Origin: Raillietiella orientalis
Taxonomy: Eukaryota
NCBI GenBank assembly: GCA_036172245.1
Contig: JAYWIR010000027.1
Location: forward strand, 2,852,001-2,916,000
Direction: 5' to 3'
DNA length: 64,000 nucleotides
Positions 37,701 to 50,486 of this stretch are shown here, in pieces (positions within the stretch are counted from its first letter, which is position 1; the number at the start of each line of letters is the position of its first letter). Below the pieces are notes generated by a model. That model searched no databases, was not told where the DNA came from, and saw nothing but the letters and a program-made list of their open reading frames with translations. A program made the translations under genes and the position numbers.

Positions 37701-40700
37701 ATGAAACCTACAGGAAAAGGAACGCCGGAATTATTTAGGACGTTTCTGTTATTCTTCATACTTGAAATTACATCTCCGGTGACTCAAGGTTTGGGGGGGA
37801 TGAGGCATCGTTAAATGCGAAAAAGAAAAGAAAAAGTAATGTTATGAAAATACATCAGAAAAGACAAGCGGGAAATCAGAGCATGTAATTAGAAAACGGA
37901 AGAAATTTTCTTTGTTGGTAGATAAGAAGAACCCCTGGTTGGAGTAAGTTCATGAAAAGTAGGAATAAATTGTATGAAAAGGGATAGGAGAACTTACCAT
38001 CGTGTCGAAAAGCAGGAAGTGGTGTAAAGTGTTGGCAATTTGAAACATTTCCGCAGCACATTTATAGAGCTTCTTCAGGTGAAGAGTCCGTGCTATTCGT
38101 CAACAGGGCGCCGAAAGCTGGTTGTGGCCAGCGAGAGCTCCATTTTGACCTCCTTGTTTTGTATAGCGTCAATTGCCTGCAACTGCGGATCTCTCGAGAT
38201 GAAGGCTCTTGGAAGCAAACAGTGTAAGAGGAGACAAATTGCAAGGACAAGATGGAAGTTGGGGACAGGACTTTTTGTGATGGTTCTGTGTCACACACGC
38301 AGGTTCCAACCGGTTAGTAGCAGCCTACCAGCTCATTGGAGACTCCACATTGAGGAACCAACGACAGATCCTCGCATTGTGCTCTTCTTTGAAAACACTC
38401 CTTGAGCGGGATCTTCGTATCACTTGGTGAGGTGGGAGGGAATAAACCAAAAAATCCAAAAAGGGGGGAAGGAGGGGTCAGGAAATTGCACAGAAGAATC
38501 CAGTCTGGTCCCGGTAAAACGAATTCGCAACGATGATCTCAATGGAATGTAGATTTAGAGTTATTTTAGCTTCCGGACCTTACAAGAACCGACCTCGTCC
38601 TTTGTAGGACTCAGATGGCATCTGCCCGTGAACTAGCTTTAACCAATCTAACCTATTCATCCACCTACTGAATGGCATAATACTTGTCCGATAGTCTGCC
38701 TTGTTTCGCAGCCATGGCTGCAAATGCATATCAAAGGGTGGAAACCACCGCGGTCACATGAAAGAAACTGTTTTCACACCCCCAGGTGCTCGCGTTCTCC
38801 AGGATGTCGAACGTTGATCCCAGCTCGTTCACAGGGGCAGGGAACGGATGCTGCTTGTCTCTGATCGCGAGCCAGGGGTGTCAATTCCGGTTCGCCACGT
38901 GGAGATCTGATGTCTTCACTTCGAACCACAGCCCGGGGTTCTTGTTGCTCTAGTAATTAGGCGTTGACATCTCACTTTTGGCTCCAGCTAACGGGCATTT
39001 TGATCATATTGAAAATATCTTGTTTCTTGTCGTAGGTATGTCGAGTGGAGTTCTCATGAGCCAGAACCGGATGAATACGAGTTTGCGGGTAGAAATGACT
39101 TAGAAGGTTACATCAGGCAAGCAGATGCGGAGGGACTTCTTGTCAGCTTGAGAATTGGTCCGTACATATGCACAGAAAGAGATTTTGTAAGTATTTTCTT
39201 AGTTGGTACATGGCGTTCGTTGGTTGAGGAATTTCTCAGCCAAAAAAAAAAGTCATTTTCCACTTTAACTTGATTGACTGATGCGTCAAATGTAGCACAT
39301 GCGTTAGACGTTGTTTCCTGAGCTTTAGCATGTAGCGAATTCTCCTGAAATTGAGAACTGAAAAGCTTTTTTGGTGCTATCACTTGGAACATTCCGCCAC
39401 TGGATCAGTCGATTCGTGACTCGTACGTCACCTGCAGGAGTTCATCTCTGGACCGTTTCAGCGAGAATTCGATTACCGCTTCCTTCATGTCATCTTGCGG
39501 GGTACATGGCCTTCTTTGGATCCATCTGGCCTATTCATCCATTGCGGTGGTGCCCACGCTCTTCCCACCACACCACTTTGCCAGCTTTTCGCAACCGGGT
39601 TCTGGCGCTCCACAAGGCGAGGTTTGGCGCGATGGCGACCGAACTTTGCTGCTGGCCGGCGGCGTCGAAACGGCACACGTGAATTTCGAAAAGCAAATTC
39701 AGGATGCGCACCCACAGCATCTCCAGGAAGGTGAAGGACCCGGGACACGTGCGTACGCACAGGGAGCGGGGAATCAACGGGCGCGGGTCCATTCAGCAAG
39801 TACTCCATGCGTCAATTTAGCAAGTACATCCAGCTACTCCTGTTCTCGCGCCAAGGCGTTTCCGGGAGGTGTGGGTTGCAGGTGACGATGTGTCGAAAGT
39901 CAGGACAAACGAGGGCCTCATAAATTTCTCATGCACAGCGAAGCTGGAAGCCTGAATCAAAGCTCGTTTTTCCTTGCAGGGTGGCTTACCTTACTGGTTG
40001 CTGAAGAAGAAAAGTATAGGATTACGGACCGACGATCCTGGTAACGTAACACTGTTTTTGCAATGCATACTTTAATACGGTAGCCGGGCAAGGATTGCAG
40101 CAGGAATGAGCCGCGCAAGTGGATTTCTCGGATGAACGGAACTCGGAGGGGGCGGCGCCATCCGAAGAAAACCATCAGGGCTTGCTGTCATGCGTGCAGA
40201 AAGTCGTGTCCCACCGAAGACGCAGGACGGAAAGGGAGCTCGGGGATGGATTCGCGCGCCCCGGATTGTATCGAGGGCTTGCAGATGGGATATCTTGTCA
40301 CCCCCGTTTTCCCGAACGCGTGATTTAATTTGCCCTCTCCAGGGAAGGGAAGTCTCTGGTCGACGTAATGGCGCTCCACGCGGTGACGGTTAACCGACGT
40401 AGGCGGTGATGCGGTTTGTCCTGCACGACGGTCAATTTGCTTCGATCCGGGATGCGTTGCCCGCGTTTCTTCCCTTGTCTGCTGCTTAATATGGGCGAGG
40501 GGAATCCCAAATGCACATTCGGGAGACACTGTGACGATAAGGACGCCGAAAAATTAAATCTCTTCGCGTATGGCCAGAAACCAAAGACCTCGTGAAAGTA
40601 AAACGTGGAACTTCTACGGGGGACTCCTTCCTTCATCTCGGGATGCAAGTAGCGTGCAGACTGGAGCGGTTCGGTCCGCTGCATCTTTGCGTCTCGTGCT

Positions 40701-43700
40701 CGTCGCGCCTTCTCAGGATTGGAAATTTTTTTTCTCCCAGTTTCCTCGTTCGTGCTTGCCTCGTGTGCATGCTCAGCAACGTGAAGATTCGAAATGCTCC
40801 TCCTCGATGTTATGAATGGCTTTTGGAAACCCTCGCCGGCTTAGTAGCAAGAGTCGTGTTTCCTTTCGGTGCAACGGTTTTTTTTTTTTTGGTTTCTGCC
40901 CTCGATGGAGACCAATTTGGATGGAGGGGGGGAGGGGCGGCATGGTACTAACACGAATGAACAAGCAGTTACCTCTTAAGGACTACCGAAGTGATCGAAA
41001 AATGCTTACAAAGGGACACTTTCGTAATCCGAGTCATTCATCTGAAATTTCCTTTCTTACCGCTGAGCGTTGCAGCTGATGATCGGTCAGCCTTTTCGGC
41101 CTTTGCTTCGTTTTTTTTTATTATTGTTATTTGCGCCGACAGGTTGTCGAGCAGTTGCAGCGATCGCTCATGCTTTTTTTTTCTCACTCTCTCTCTTTTG
41201 CTCGCATTCCAGATTTCATTTCGGCAGTTGAAAGCTGGTTTGATGTTCTGCTACCGATGATTAAACCCCATCTGTATCAAAATGGAGGCCCCATCATCAT
41301 GGTGCAAGTACGCTACCTCTTTCCACTCGCACCCAACATTTGAAAGTTCCTTCCCCCCCCCCCCCTTCCGCCCACCGTGTATCTTTCTAAGCCTGTCTGT
41401 GGCAAGTCACTCTCTCCCTGTTGCTCACGGGTCCTTTCTTGTGTCCTGGGCTAAACGCACAGCTGCTATAATCTTGAACTTGATGAGCGCGGTGTCCTAA
41501 AATGTGCTTGGTGTTCGGACTTAGATCGAGAACGAATACGGAAGCTACGGCTGCAACCCGGCTTATCTCTCTCGCTTGAGGGACATCGTGAAAACGTATC
41601 TTGAGGAAGACGTCGTGTATTTCACTACGGACGGCGACTGGGAACAGGCACTTCAATGCGGAAGTATCCAGGGCACCCTGATGACTGTTGACTTCGGTTC
41701 GGGTAAGAGGAACTATTGCTTCGTTCCCATCTGTCACCCGCTCCCTGCTGTCCTGGTCTTGAGACGGTTGGCGAACCGAAGCCTGATGTGACCTTTCTTA
41801 ACGGAAGTCGCGCGAGAGACCGTGAGTCGCGGTAGCGATCCCCTCAGTACGTACTGCCTGTTTTGCGTTCCTCGTCCTAGCGTATCTCTTGACACGGTTC
41901 CATCTAGGGTGGACTTGGCCCCTGTGTGTTCTGAGGTCGTCCCTCGACCGTGACCAGATCCTCATCTGATATCGCCTGCGAGCGCCGCTCCCATTCTTCC
42001 GTGTGCGTTTTCCATCTTGGATTCCGTCCGCATGTCGATTGGCTCCCTCCCTTCCTCGAAGATTTCCTTAGAGGAATACCGCCGGAGGAATGGTACAACC
42101 CAACGTGCTTTCGATGGGTTCTGCGCTGTTTTCCTCGTCCTTCAGTTCTCCTACCACCCCTTGGATCCACCCCATTCATTTCTTCCTACGTCTGGTGCTT
42201 GAATCGCGCGAGGGGAATCCCAAGTGCTGATTCGGGAACCACATGTGACGATAAGGACGCGGAAAATTAAATCTCTTCGAGTATGGCTGGAAACCCAAGA
42301 CCTCATGAAAGTAAAACGTGAAATTTCTGCGGTGGATTCAGCGCTGACGTTAAGACAGGGTTCTCCCTGGGAACAGAGGATCCATGCTATGTGGAAGGGA
42401 CGGTTCTGGTTGAGTCCCAGGATAAAGCAAGAATGAAAATCCAAGGATCACGCAAGCTACGGAAGCTGGCGCGAGGGAGCAAACTTTCACTGTAAGCAGC
42501 AGGTTTGCCACGTCTTCTCGAACGATCCTGAGCGAAGGTTTTCACAACTGCTGCCACTCATCAAGTGCGGATTGCAGAAGAAGAAAAAGAAAATCACCCG
42601 GGGACTAGCCGAGAGAGAAAAAAAAAATTCACGTTTCACATCAGGTTGTGAAGATACATCTCTGATTGGAATGAACATTTTTGTATTTACGGGAAAACTT
42701 CGTGGTAACAAAAGGAGGCAACACTACCACGAGTGACACTTTGGCACGAAAATCGCGTGCCCTTCACCTCATTCGGCAAGCACTGCTTTCGAGGAACCTT
42801 CACGCTTTCCATTTCGAGCAGCAGGACGGGAAGCGGCCGTCCTGCCTGCTTGGCAGCGGCCGTGTGGCTGTCCCTCCGCGCACGGTGCCGGGCTCGAATC
42901 CCTCCCGGGGGAGGAAGGGTCGGCACCGAGAACGGGGGTGTGCGTCGTGAGCTTCGAGTTCCACCCGTAAGATGACGTTTGATTCGCCGATTCGGGTACA
43001 GCACTGGTGGAAGGCGGAAACTCCCGGGTGTCCCTGTTGACTGGCCAAGACTGACCCTCCAGGATTCTTCCAGGACATTGAGGAGCCGTTTAGAGTTCCA
43101 CCCGGGTTGCAAAAAGGGAGCCATCTCCACCTTCCTTGGGAGGGAAACCCTCCATCGCGTGCCACGGAGCTGGTGGATTGATGACACCTCTCCAGAATGT
43201 CATGGAGCGCACTGCTCCCTTCGGAGAGCGCCCTTCTGGGAAACTGGGAAGCGTGCCTTTGGGGTTCTCTTCAGAGGAGTAACAAGGGGCAGTTTCCTGG
43301 CCAGGATCCTCCCGGAGAAGCAACGAGGACCGGACCCCACAAACCGGGGGGTCCCTCCCGAGAGAATGAGGAAGAGGTGATTCACTTCGGGGTTCCCTGC
43401 GGAGACAACCAGTCCTGGGATTCTTTTCAGGGTTCCCCTTACCAAGCTCGAGAGCGGCAGACCCTTCTTCCTCCGGAGTCTTCCTGGATTCATAAGGTGA
43501 TCCCCTCCCGGGGTCATACCCCGATAACTTGGAGGGTCACCTCGAATGACGTGGACGGTGCTTCAAGAGCTTCATGACCCCCCAGGCAAACGGTTCTTGG
43601 GTACTCAGCAAACCTCAAAAGAGTAGATTTGAAGGGAAAAAAAAAAAAAAAATACTTCTGGAAGGAAAACAGCGAAACAGAAGGGTCAGTGTCATCCTAG

Positions 43701-46700
43701 GTCAGTGGTGACTGTCTTCCCATAAGGTCGCTACTGACCTTTTAAAAAAGAAAGAAAGAAACGAAAACAAAAACAAGGATCGGTGGCACGCGGCCGTGTC
43801 AAGGTCGTTCCTTTCGGTCGCGCCGTCCCGCATGCGGCACGGAAGAGTGTTCAACATCGTTCCGTAGTAGCGGCGGATACGTTTCCCTTTTTCGGCAGAA
43901 TCTTTCCCCTTGTTCGCCGAAGAACTCGCGGACCCCTCTTCCTCCATCCGGAAGCTTTCCATCTCGAAGGGGGGCGACCGCACGCCGTGCCGGACGACGT
44001 TGGGACGCCCACGATCCGTTGCCACCGGAGGGATTTGGCAGCTCTCTCGAGTCGCAGCCGATGGGTGTACGGCCAGCGAGCTCCCATGGTGGCGTGGTTC
44101 GGAGGCGCGGATCATTCCCTTTCGAACGGGAATGCTGACGTCTCGAGAAACCGGTCGGGGCAAAATGCAGCCCCGGTTCCCCTTCCTGGGGTCGCGCTTG
44201 TTCCTGGCCAATGGGTCAGGGAAGAAGGGGAGGAGCGGGGCAGAAGCAGCCGCGCGAGGAAACCGCCGCCGCCAAGCAGGTCTCTGCGGGAGGTGTCTCT
44301 TCCTGCCCGGGGGCATCGTCGCTCGCGTGATCGCGATGCTGCCAGACAGCAGCGCCTCCTGCTCCCCCCCTTTCCGACCCCCAGGCACGCCCGCGCCGGC
44401 GACGGACGGGCACCGGGTTTCTCCGACAGCCTGCGCCCCGCTTCCGCTCCGGCAGGGCGTGGCCTCCCCGCTCAAGACGGGCTGCACCACCCTTCCTCCG
44501 CTGCTACTGTTGCCGCCGCCAAACGGAAGGCGTCCCTCAGAAAAGGACGTGGGTCGATCCTTCGCCGTGCTGAGGAAACTGCAGCCGAAGGGTCCCCTGG
44601 TCAACTCCGAGTTCTATGCCGGGTGGCTGGACTACTGGGGCTACCCCCACTCGACGGTCGGCACCGACATCTTCGTCAGGAAGCTGGAGGACATCATCCG
44701 GAGCGGGGCGTCCTTCAACGTCTACATGTTCCACGGAGGCACCTCCTACGGTTTGACCACCGGTGAGCACCCGCCCGACCCGAGGCCAAGGACGCGACTC
44801 TCTCAGGCTGCAGCTACTCGCCGGGCTTTCGGTGCTGCACGACCTCCTACGACTACGACGCCCTCCTCGACGAGAGCGGCGACCCCACGGAAAAGTACCA
44901 CGCCACCAGGCAGCTCCTGGCCAAAGTAAATGCGCGCGCGCGGGGGAGAGGGAGGGTGCTTTCTGGATCGCTAGGGGGGGGGGAATTAAAGGAGGAACCC
45001 TGCCTCCCCGGGAGGCAGGGACTCACGCGCTCCGGTTTCCCCCCCCCTCTCTCGTCACCACCTCTCCCTTGCTTCCCTCCCCTCCTCCTTCCTTACTTCG
45101 AGGTGGGGGAAGGGGTCCGAAAACGGACCTACTGTCCCCTCCCTTTCGTTCCCACCCCTCCAGGGACGCATGACACGCCCCACCTTCCTCACGCTCCCGA
45201 GAGTGAAAGCGCCCTCTTCGTCGCGTTTCCCCCCTGTCTCCACGTGCGGCGCTCCAGCAGCGTCTGGAGCGCCGCACGCATCGCCGCCCGACGATTGCCT
45301 GGAGCTGCACCACCAGGGAAGAGTGCCATGCTCCCGCCTTAGACGCCTCAGTTTCCGCCCGGTGAGCCGGGACCGGGTCGTTGCGCGGTGACCGACCTCT
45401 CTCCGGGCAACCGCCTAGACGGGAGCCGGCGCCTCGCCGCGGGGCAGGCAGATCTGCTCCGAGGGCCACCTCTCCAGCAGTCAGCGACCCGCCCCACATT
45501 CTCGAGCACCCGGCGGGACCTCTGGTCCCCTCTCTTTCAAGGTCGCCAGCGGGTGAGGCGACGACTTCCTCCCCCCTGCTCGCATGCGCGCGGGCGGGCA
45601 GGCAGCGGAGTTCCTTCCCCCCTCCTTCCTTCCAGTACTTCCCGGTTCCCGAGGGACCTGTCCCGGGTCCCATCCCGAAGGGCAAGTACGGCAGGGTCCA
45701 GATGCATTACGTGGCGTCCCTGGAGACGATCATTGATCAGCTGTACTGCGAGGAGCACACGAGCCCGCTGACCTTCGAGGACCTGGACACGCCGGAGGGC
45801 TTCGTCCTGTACTCTGCCCTGGTGACGAACCCCGTGCCAGACCACTCTCTGCTGAGCGTCCCTGGTCTCAGGGACCGCGGGTACGTCTACGTCGACCAGG
45901 TCAGTGCTGCGAACGCCTCGTGCTTTCTGTTTGCGGCGTCGCAGCCACCTGCGTGCTCTGTGCCGGCTGAGATGGCAAGGAGTGAAGTCACGCGTGTCGG
46001 CGAGTGAAGTGCAGGCGTGATGTATGTGTGACATGTGTGTGTCTCTAATGTATGTATGATGCATTTTTGTGTACGATGCGCGTGTATGTGTGATGTATGT
46101 GTGTGGTGTGTTTGATGTTTGTGCAGTGTGTGTGTGATGCGTGTGATGTGTGTGTGTATGCAGTCAATGTGTCTGTGATTTCTTCGCGACATATATGTGT
46201 GTACGATGTATGTATGTGCAGTATGTGTGATATGTACGATGTGTGTGTGTGGTGTGTAGAATGTGTGTGTGATATATGTGTGTGCGCGGTGCATGTGGTG
46301 TGTACGACGGATGTGTGTGTGTATATGTGATGCGTGTGTGTGTCATGTTCACGTCCGGCTCTATCCAGACCTTCGTTGGCATCCTGAGTCGAGTAAGCGA
46401 TGTGTTTTCCATCTCCTTGCACATTCAGCGCTGGCAGACAGTGTCTATCCTTGTGGAGAACCAGGGAAGGATTTTCTACGGAGCGGGAATACACGATCCG
46501 AAGGTGAGGCGCTTCCTGCGATGTTCGGGGGTCTCCAGGGAGGACGTGTGGCCTCCTTTTCCCTCTCCCCAAATTTGCTCCTAGCCTCCCATTTTATCGT
46601 CGTTCCCTGTGCCGTTCCAGGGCATCCTCGGGGAAGTAACCCTGTCTGACTTCGTCCTCGCCAACTGGACGATGTGCCCTGTGCCCATTCTAGACATCAT

Positions 46701-49507
46701 CTACCGCCTCCCGAGAAACAAGTTCCACTCCTACCGCAAGTACAATGGACTCGATGAGCCCTCCAACTTTCCGAAAATCTTCCTCGGCTTCTTCAGCCTA
46801 CCAAAGCGACTAAAGGAGCCACTAGACACGTTCCTGGATCTGAAGGAAGGCTCCTGGGGAAAGGTGCGTGCGAAGGCCGGTCCGCGACCCTTGCCCATCC
46901 CGCTCTGCTGCGCGTACCCCGAGGCGCAAGAGCAGGAACGATGGAAGGGAGGGAGGGAAGAAGGGGCCTCACTCGGAGCGCATGTCTGGCGAGCCCAAGA
47001 GACCACTCCGTTCGTTGCTCCCGGAGCGTCCTACGCACGCAGCCTCCCTTCAGCTGGCGAGACCGCCACTGGGGGAAAAGAACGAGCTGCGCCAGCTTCT
47101 TCTTGGACTTCCCCCCCCCCTTCCGCACCCTTCAAGTGCACTACAGGAGAGGTTGCAGGAGAGAATGTGAACGCAGGCTCATCCTTTCTTCCGAAGTGGC
47201 GAGCTCCCCACGCTTCCTTCCTTCCGCCTCTCCCTAGTCTCGTCCCGGCAGGTGGTGGCGGTGCTAAGGCCCGGCTCCACCTACAGCTCCTCGCTTGCGA
47301 GCATGACGTGTGCGCCCCTTCCCGTTCACTCCGAGGCGCAGTCCGGGGAACGATGCTAGGCGGGAGAAGCGCTCTTCCCTTCAGCGCCTAGCGACCGGGC
47401 TCGCTCGCTAGTCGGGCGTCGCCGTGGTTGCCCGCAGCTGGGCACCAGGCAGTTCCTTGTGGTCGCTTCTCCATCGCCGACGTTTACCGTTCGTCTCCGC
47501 CGTCGACTCGCGTCGACTGCCTTCACCCGTGACCATGACGCGGGCGTGACGCGCACGATGCACGTGCGCGAGTCGTCATCATCAGGTATGCGGCTGGAAC
47601 AAATGCTTCTCGTTTCTGGATCTCGGGGTTGCTGTTTCCCGTTGCAGCTGTTCTTATTTGTCAGTTGTTGTTCAGTCTACCATTTAACATCACTGCTGTT
47701 ATTTGCATTCGATGTTTTGATCCTTCCAAGTGATTTCTATAAAGTCGCTATTAACATTTTTGGATCCTTTCGTTTTCGATATTCTTTTACGTCACCACGT
47801 CGCGAGCCGCGCTCATTTATTATTACGCACTGTTGCTGCAGTTTTCGCAGTGGTTATTCACATGGTGTCGGTCGTTACCACGGTGGGTGGGCGGCCCTGC
47901 TTGTAGTTTTCCACTTTCAACCGCTGTTTGCGTGGTCCCGTTTCGTGCTCCGGATCGCAGCGGAAGCTCCTGGTGGTGAGCGCACTCTTTCTTTTCCTCG
48001 TCTTCCCGGGAGTTCCGTCTGGCATCCTCGGGTCGTCGTCAGCAGCAGCGGTTGCTCTTCGCACTGTCGTAGGCATTCCTTACGTTACTGGGTAGGTGCT
48101 TTTCCTACCACCTTTGCTGGTTCCTTTCGCTCGGAGGTTTCCTGCAGCCCAAGATCTCATTCCTCTCGATGAAACTTCTACCTAGAAGTTCGGGAACTTT
48201 TTTTTCATGGCATCCTGAGCTGTGCGCTGGTGCCTTTGCTCCCCCGATTTTTTGAAATTGCGGCTTCACGAAGAACGTTGACGTTAAGACAGGGTTCTCC
48301 CTGGGAACAGAGGATCCATGCTATGTGGAAGGGAGGGTTCTGGTTGAGTCCCAGGATAAAGCAAGAATGAAAATCCAAGGATCACGCAGGCTACGGAAGC
48401 TGGCGCGAGGGAGCAAACTTTCACTGTAGGCAGCAGGTTTGCCACGTCTTCTCGAACGATCCTGAGCGAAGGTTTTCACAACTGCTGCCACTCATCAAGT
48501 GCGGATTGCAGAAGAAGAAAAAGAAAATCACCCGGGGACTAGCCGAGAGAGAAAAAAAAAATTCACGTTTCACATCAGGTTGTGAAGATACATCTCTGAT
48601 TGGAATGAACATTTTTGTATTTACGGGAAAACTTCGTGGTAACAAAAGGAGGCAACACTACCACGAGTGACACTCTTTGGCACGAGAATCACGTGAAAAA
48701 TGTAGTTCGTGTATTGCAGAGTAGCTTAGTTTATCCCATTTATCATGGTCTTAAGTGAAATTTACGTTGCTCGATGTGTGTTTCTCCGCTTTTCGGGAGC
48801 GAAAATTGGCGAAAGTGGTCCACTGACCTGTGCTTCAAAATCTCGTTGCGTGATGACGTCCAGAGGGTCCTCACAGCAGCTTACAGTTGTAGCAGCTGAC
48901 CCGTACTACTCCACAATTTTGTTTTTAGAAATGTCACAGCAGCCACACCGGTTGATTGGACAGATGACCGTGCACGAACAATTGTCAATGCTCTTGACCA
49001 TCTTGCTTGCGTTGGGTGTGAATATGTAGGTGGGCGTTCGGGGAGACCTTCTAATTGGTCAGCTCGGTTTGCGACACACGGATGCTCCGAGTATCAATAA
49101 GTCTTCGAGACTATGCATGTGACAAGTCCTGCGCGAAATGCTGTGAACTGAAATCGCAGCAACACCGGTTTACCTCGGAACCACTTTGGTTGGAAACGTG
49201 TCTGTGAACTAAACGAAAGAAAGAAAAATGTCCATCTGATTATTTCATCCGTGGCAGCTCTTGATTCTTTTTTGTTCTTTTCCAGGGAGTAGTCTTAATC
49301 AATTACTTCAACTTGGGCAGGTATTGGTCCACTGAAGGGCCTCAGTGGACTCTATATGTACCGAAACAGATCCTCAGACCATATCCGGAAAAAAATATGA
49401 TCGCCATTCTGGAACAAGAAAGTGCTCCCTGTTTGGAACTAGGAAGACGCTGCCATGTTCGATTTGTTGATCATCCAATTATCAACGGATCGACTCCAAA
49501 CCACTGA
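34710..49507 (+). CDS. GLB1: Lysosomal-type beta-galactosidase (GH35), 12 exons: about 34710-34733, 34871-35052, 39036-39186, 39980-40040, 41213-41307, 41525-41702, 44541-44762, 44807-44925, 45636-45899, 46349-46503, 46621-46863, 49286-49507
   Basis: [60 protein letters not shown] (acid/base Glu), [14 protein letters not shown] (nucleophile Glu), [27 protein letters not shown]...GPQWTLYVP. The first exon is tentative. Confidence 0.93.
40495..40625 (+). repeat. Dispersed non-coding repeat; second copy at about 42207-42337
   Basis: gcgaggggaatcccaa...gtgacgataaggacgc...aaattaaatctcttcg...gaaagtaaaacgtg is present at both sites. Confidence 0.8.
42345..42759 (+). repeat. About 415-bp near-identical intronic duplicate, copy 1
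   Basis: Almost base-for-base match to 48279-48695; the ORF track gives an identical 74-aa translation at both sites. Confidence 0.95.
42845..43008 (+). mobile_element. tRNA-derived SINE-like element, third copy
   Basis: TGGCAGCGG (42851), GGCTCGAATCC (42891), body gaacgggggtg..gcgtcg..agcttcgagtt; ends cagcactggt (42999-43008). Confidence 0.55.
43009..43570 (-). mobile_element. LINE fragment F, same family, 3' end deleted
   Basis: Aligns with 33215-33430 and 33687-33840 (gggagccatc...aaccctccat...ccacggagctgg). Confidence 0.7.
46015..46345 (+). repeat. Degenerate (GT/AT)n microsatellite in a GLB1 intron
   Basis: Long imperfect tgtg/tatg run. Confidence 0.9.
48279..48695 (+). repeat. About 415-bp near-identical intronic duplicate, copy 2
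   Basis: Matches 42345-42759. Confidence 0.95.
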
Positions 49508-50449
49508 CGACCACGAGACTGGAAACCTCTGTGGAGAAAAAAAGCAACGGAAGGGGGGAAAAAGTGCGCTGACTCATCTTTGACAAATTTTTTTTGATGC
49601 AATCGTGCACAAAATAAAAAAAAAAAAAAAGGATACAATGAAAATGTCATTCCTGACTCTGCCCGTTATTCCAACACTTTTTGGATCTTTTATCCAAACT
49701 GTACTTGCCAGCGAGAGTTTTCCTCCAAGAGACCGCCGGACGATGAGCCGTGTTTCGATCCGTCACTTTCCCATCTCTCTCTCAGCATTTCAGCTCAAGC
49801 AGCCCACCCACCCAACTGTTAAAAGAACCAGCGAAGGAAACCAGCGAAAAGAACCTTTTCACTCGCGATCGCACGTCGAGAGGTCTTTGGGAACCAATTC
49901 TTCTCACACTATGCAAAAAAAAAAAAAAGAAGCTGGCAAAGAATGAAATGAGGAGAATCCTGAAATTCGGTCTCAGGACAGGATGCAGTGTGAAAATGAA
50001 TACCCTGCATTCATGTAGAAGCTGTTCTTAAGCAGCTTGCTTGAAATATCACTTTGTACTCTTACAGCATTTCTACAGCATTCTTGCAATGAATCCCATA
50101 GGATTTTAAAGCAGAGCAGTAGCTCCATCACGATACCCACAATCTGACACAGATCACGTATTCCTAACAAACCCTAGCAGTTTCCCGGAAATTGAAAATC
50201 GGTGGTGAAGGAGTAAGTGCATACGAACGAGGTATCAGTATTTCTAGCTACTCCAATCCTTGGTTCCTGCCTTTCCTTAGAGCGTATCCCAAATCCCAAA
50301 AGACGAAAGCAACTCAACGGCTTACACTAATTGCCCCCAGCAAAAACTGCTTCAACGAATACAGTTGGCCCATTATGGCTATCAGTGGGCGCAAACACCT
50401 TTTGGACGGATGGAAAGACCTACTTAGGTTGCTGAGTTAGCACGAAAAG

Positions 50450-50486
50450 CAGCTTGACCGCGGTTCGTCGAACCGTGGTCAAGCTG
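50450..50486. repeat. Near-perfect palindrome (18-bp arms, 1-nt spacer, one mismatch)
   Basis: cagcttgaccgcggttcg-t-cgaaccgtggtcaagctg. Confidence 0.9.

Noticed and set aside
45887..46572. His/Thr-rich and Cys/Val-rich ORFs
   Set aside because: Translations of the GT microsatellite.
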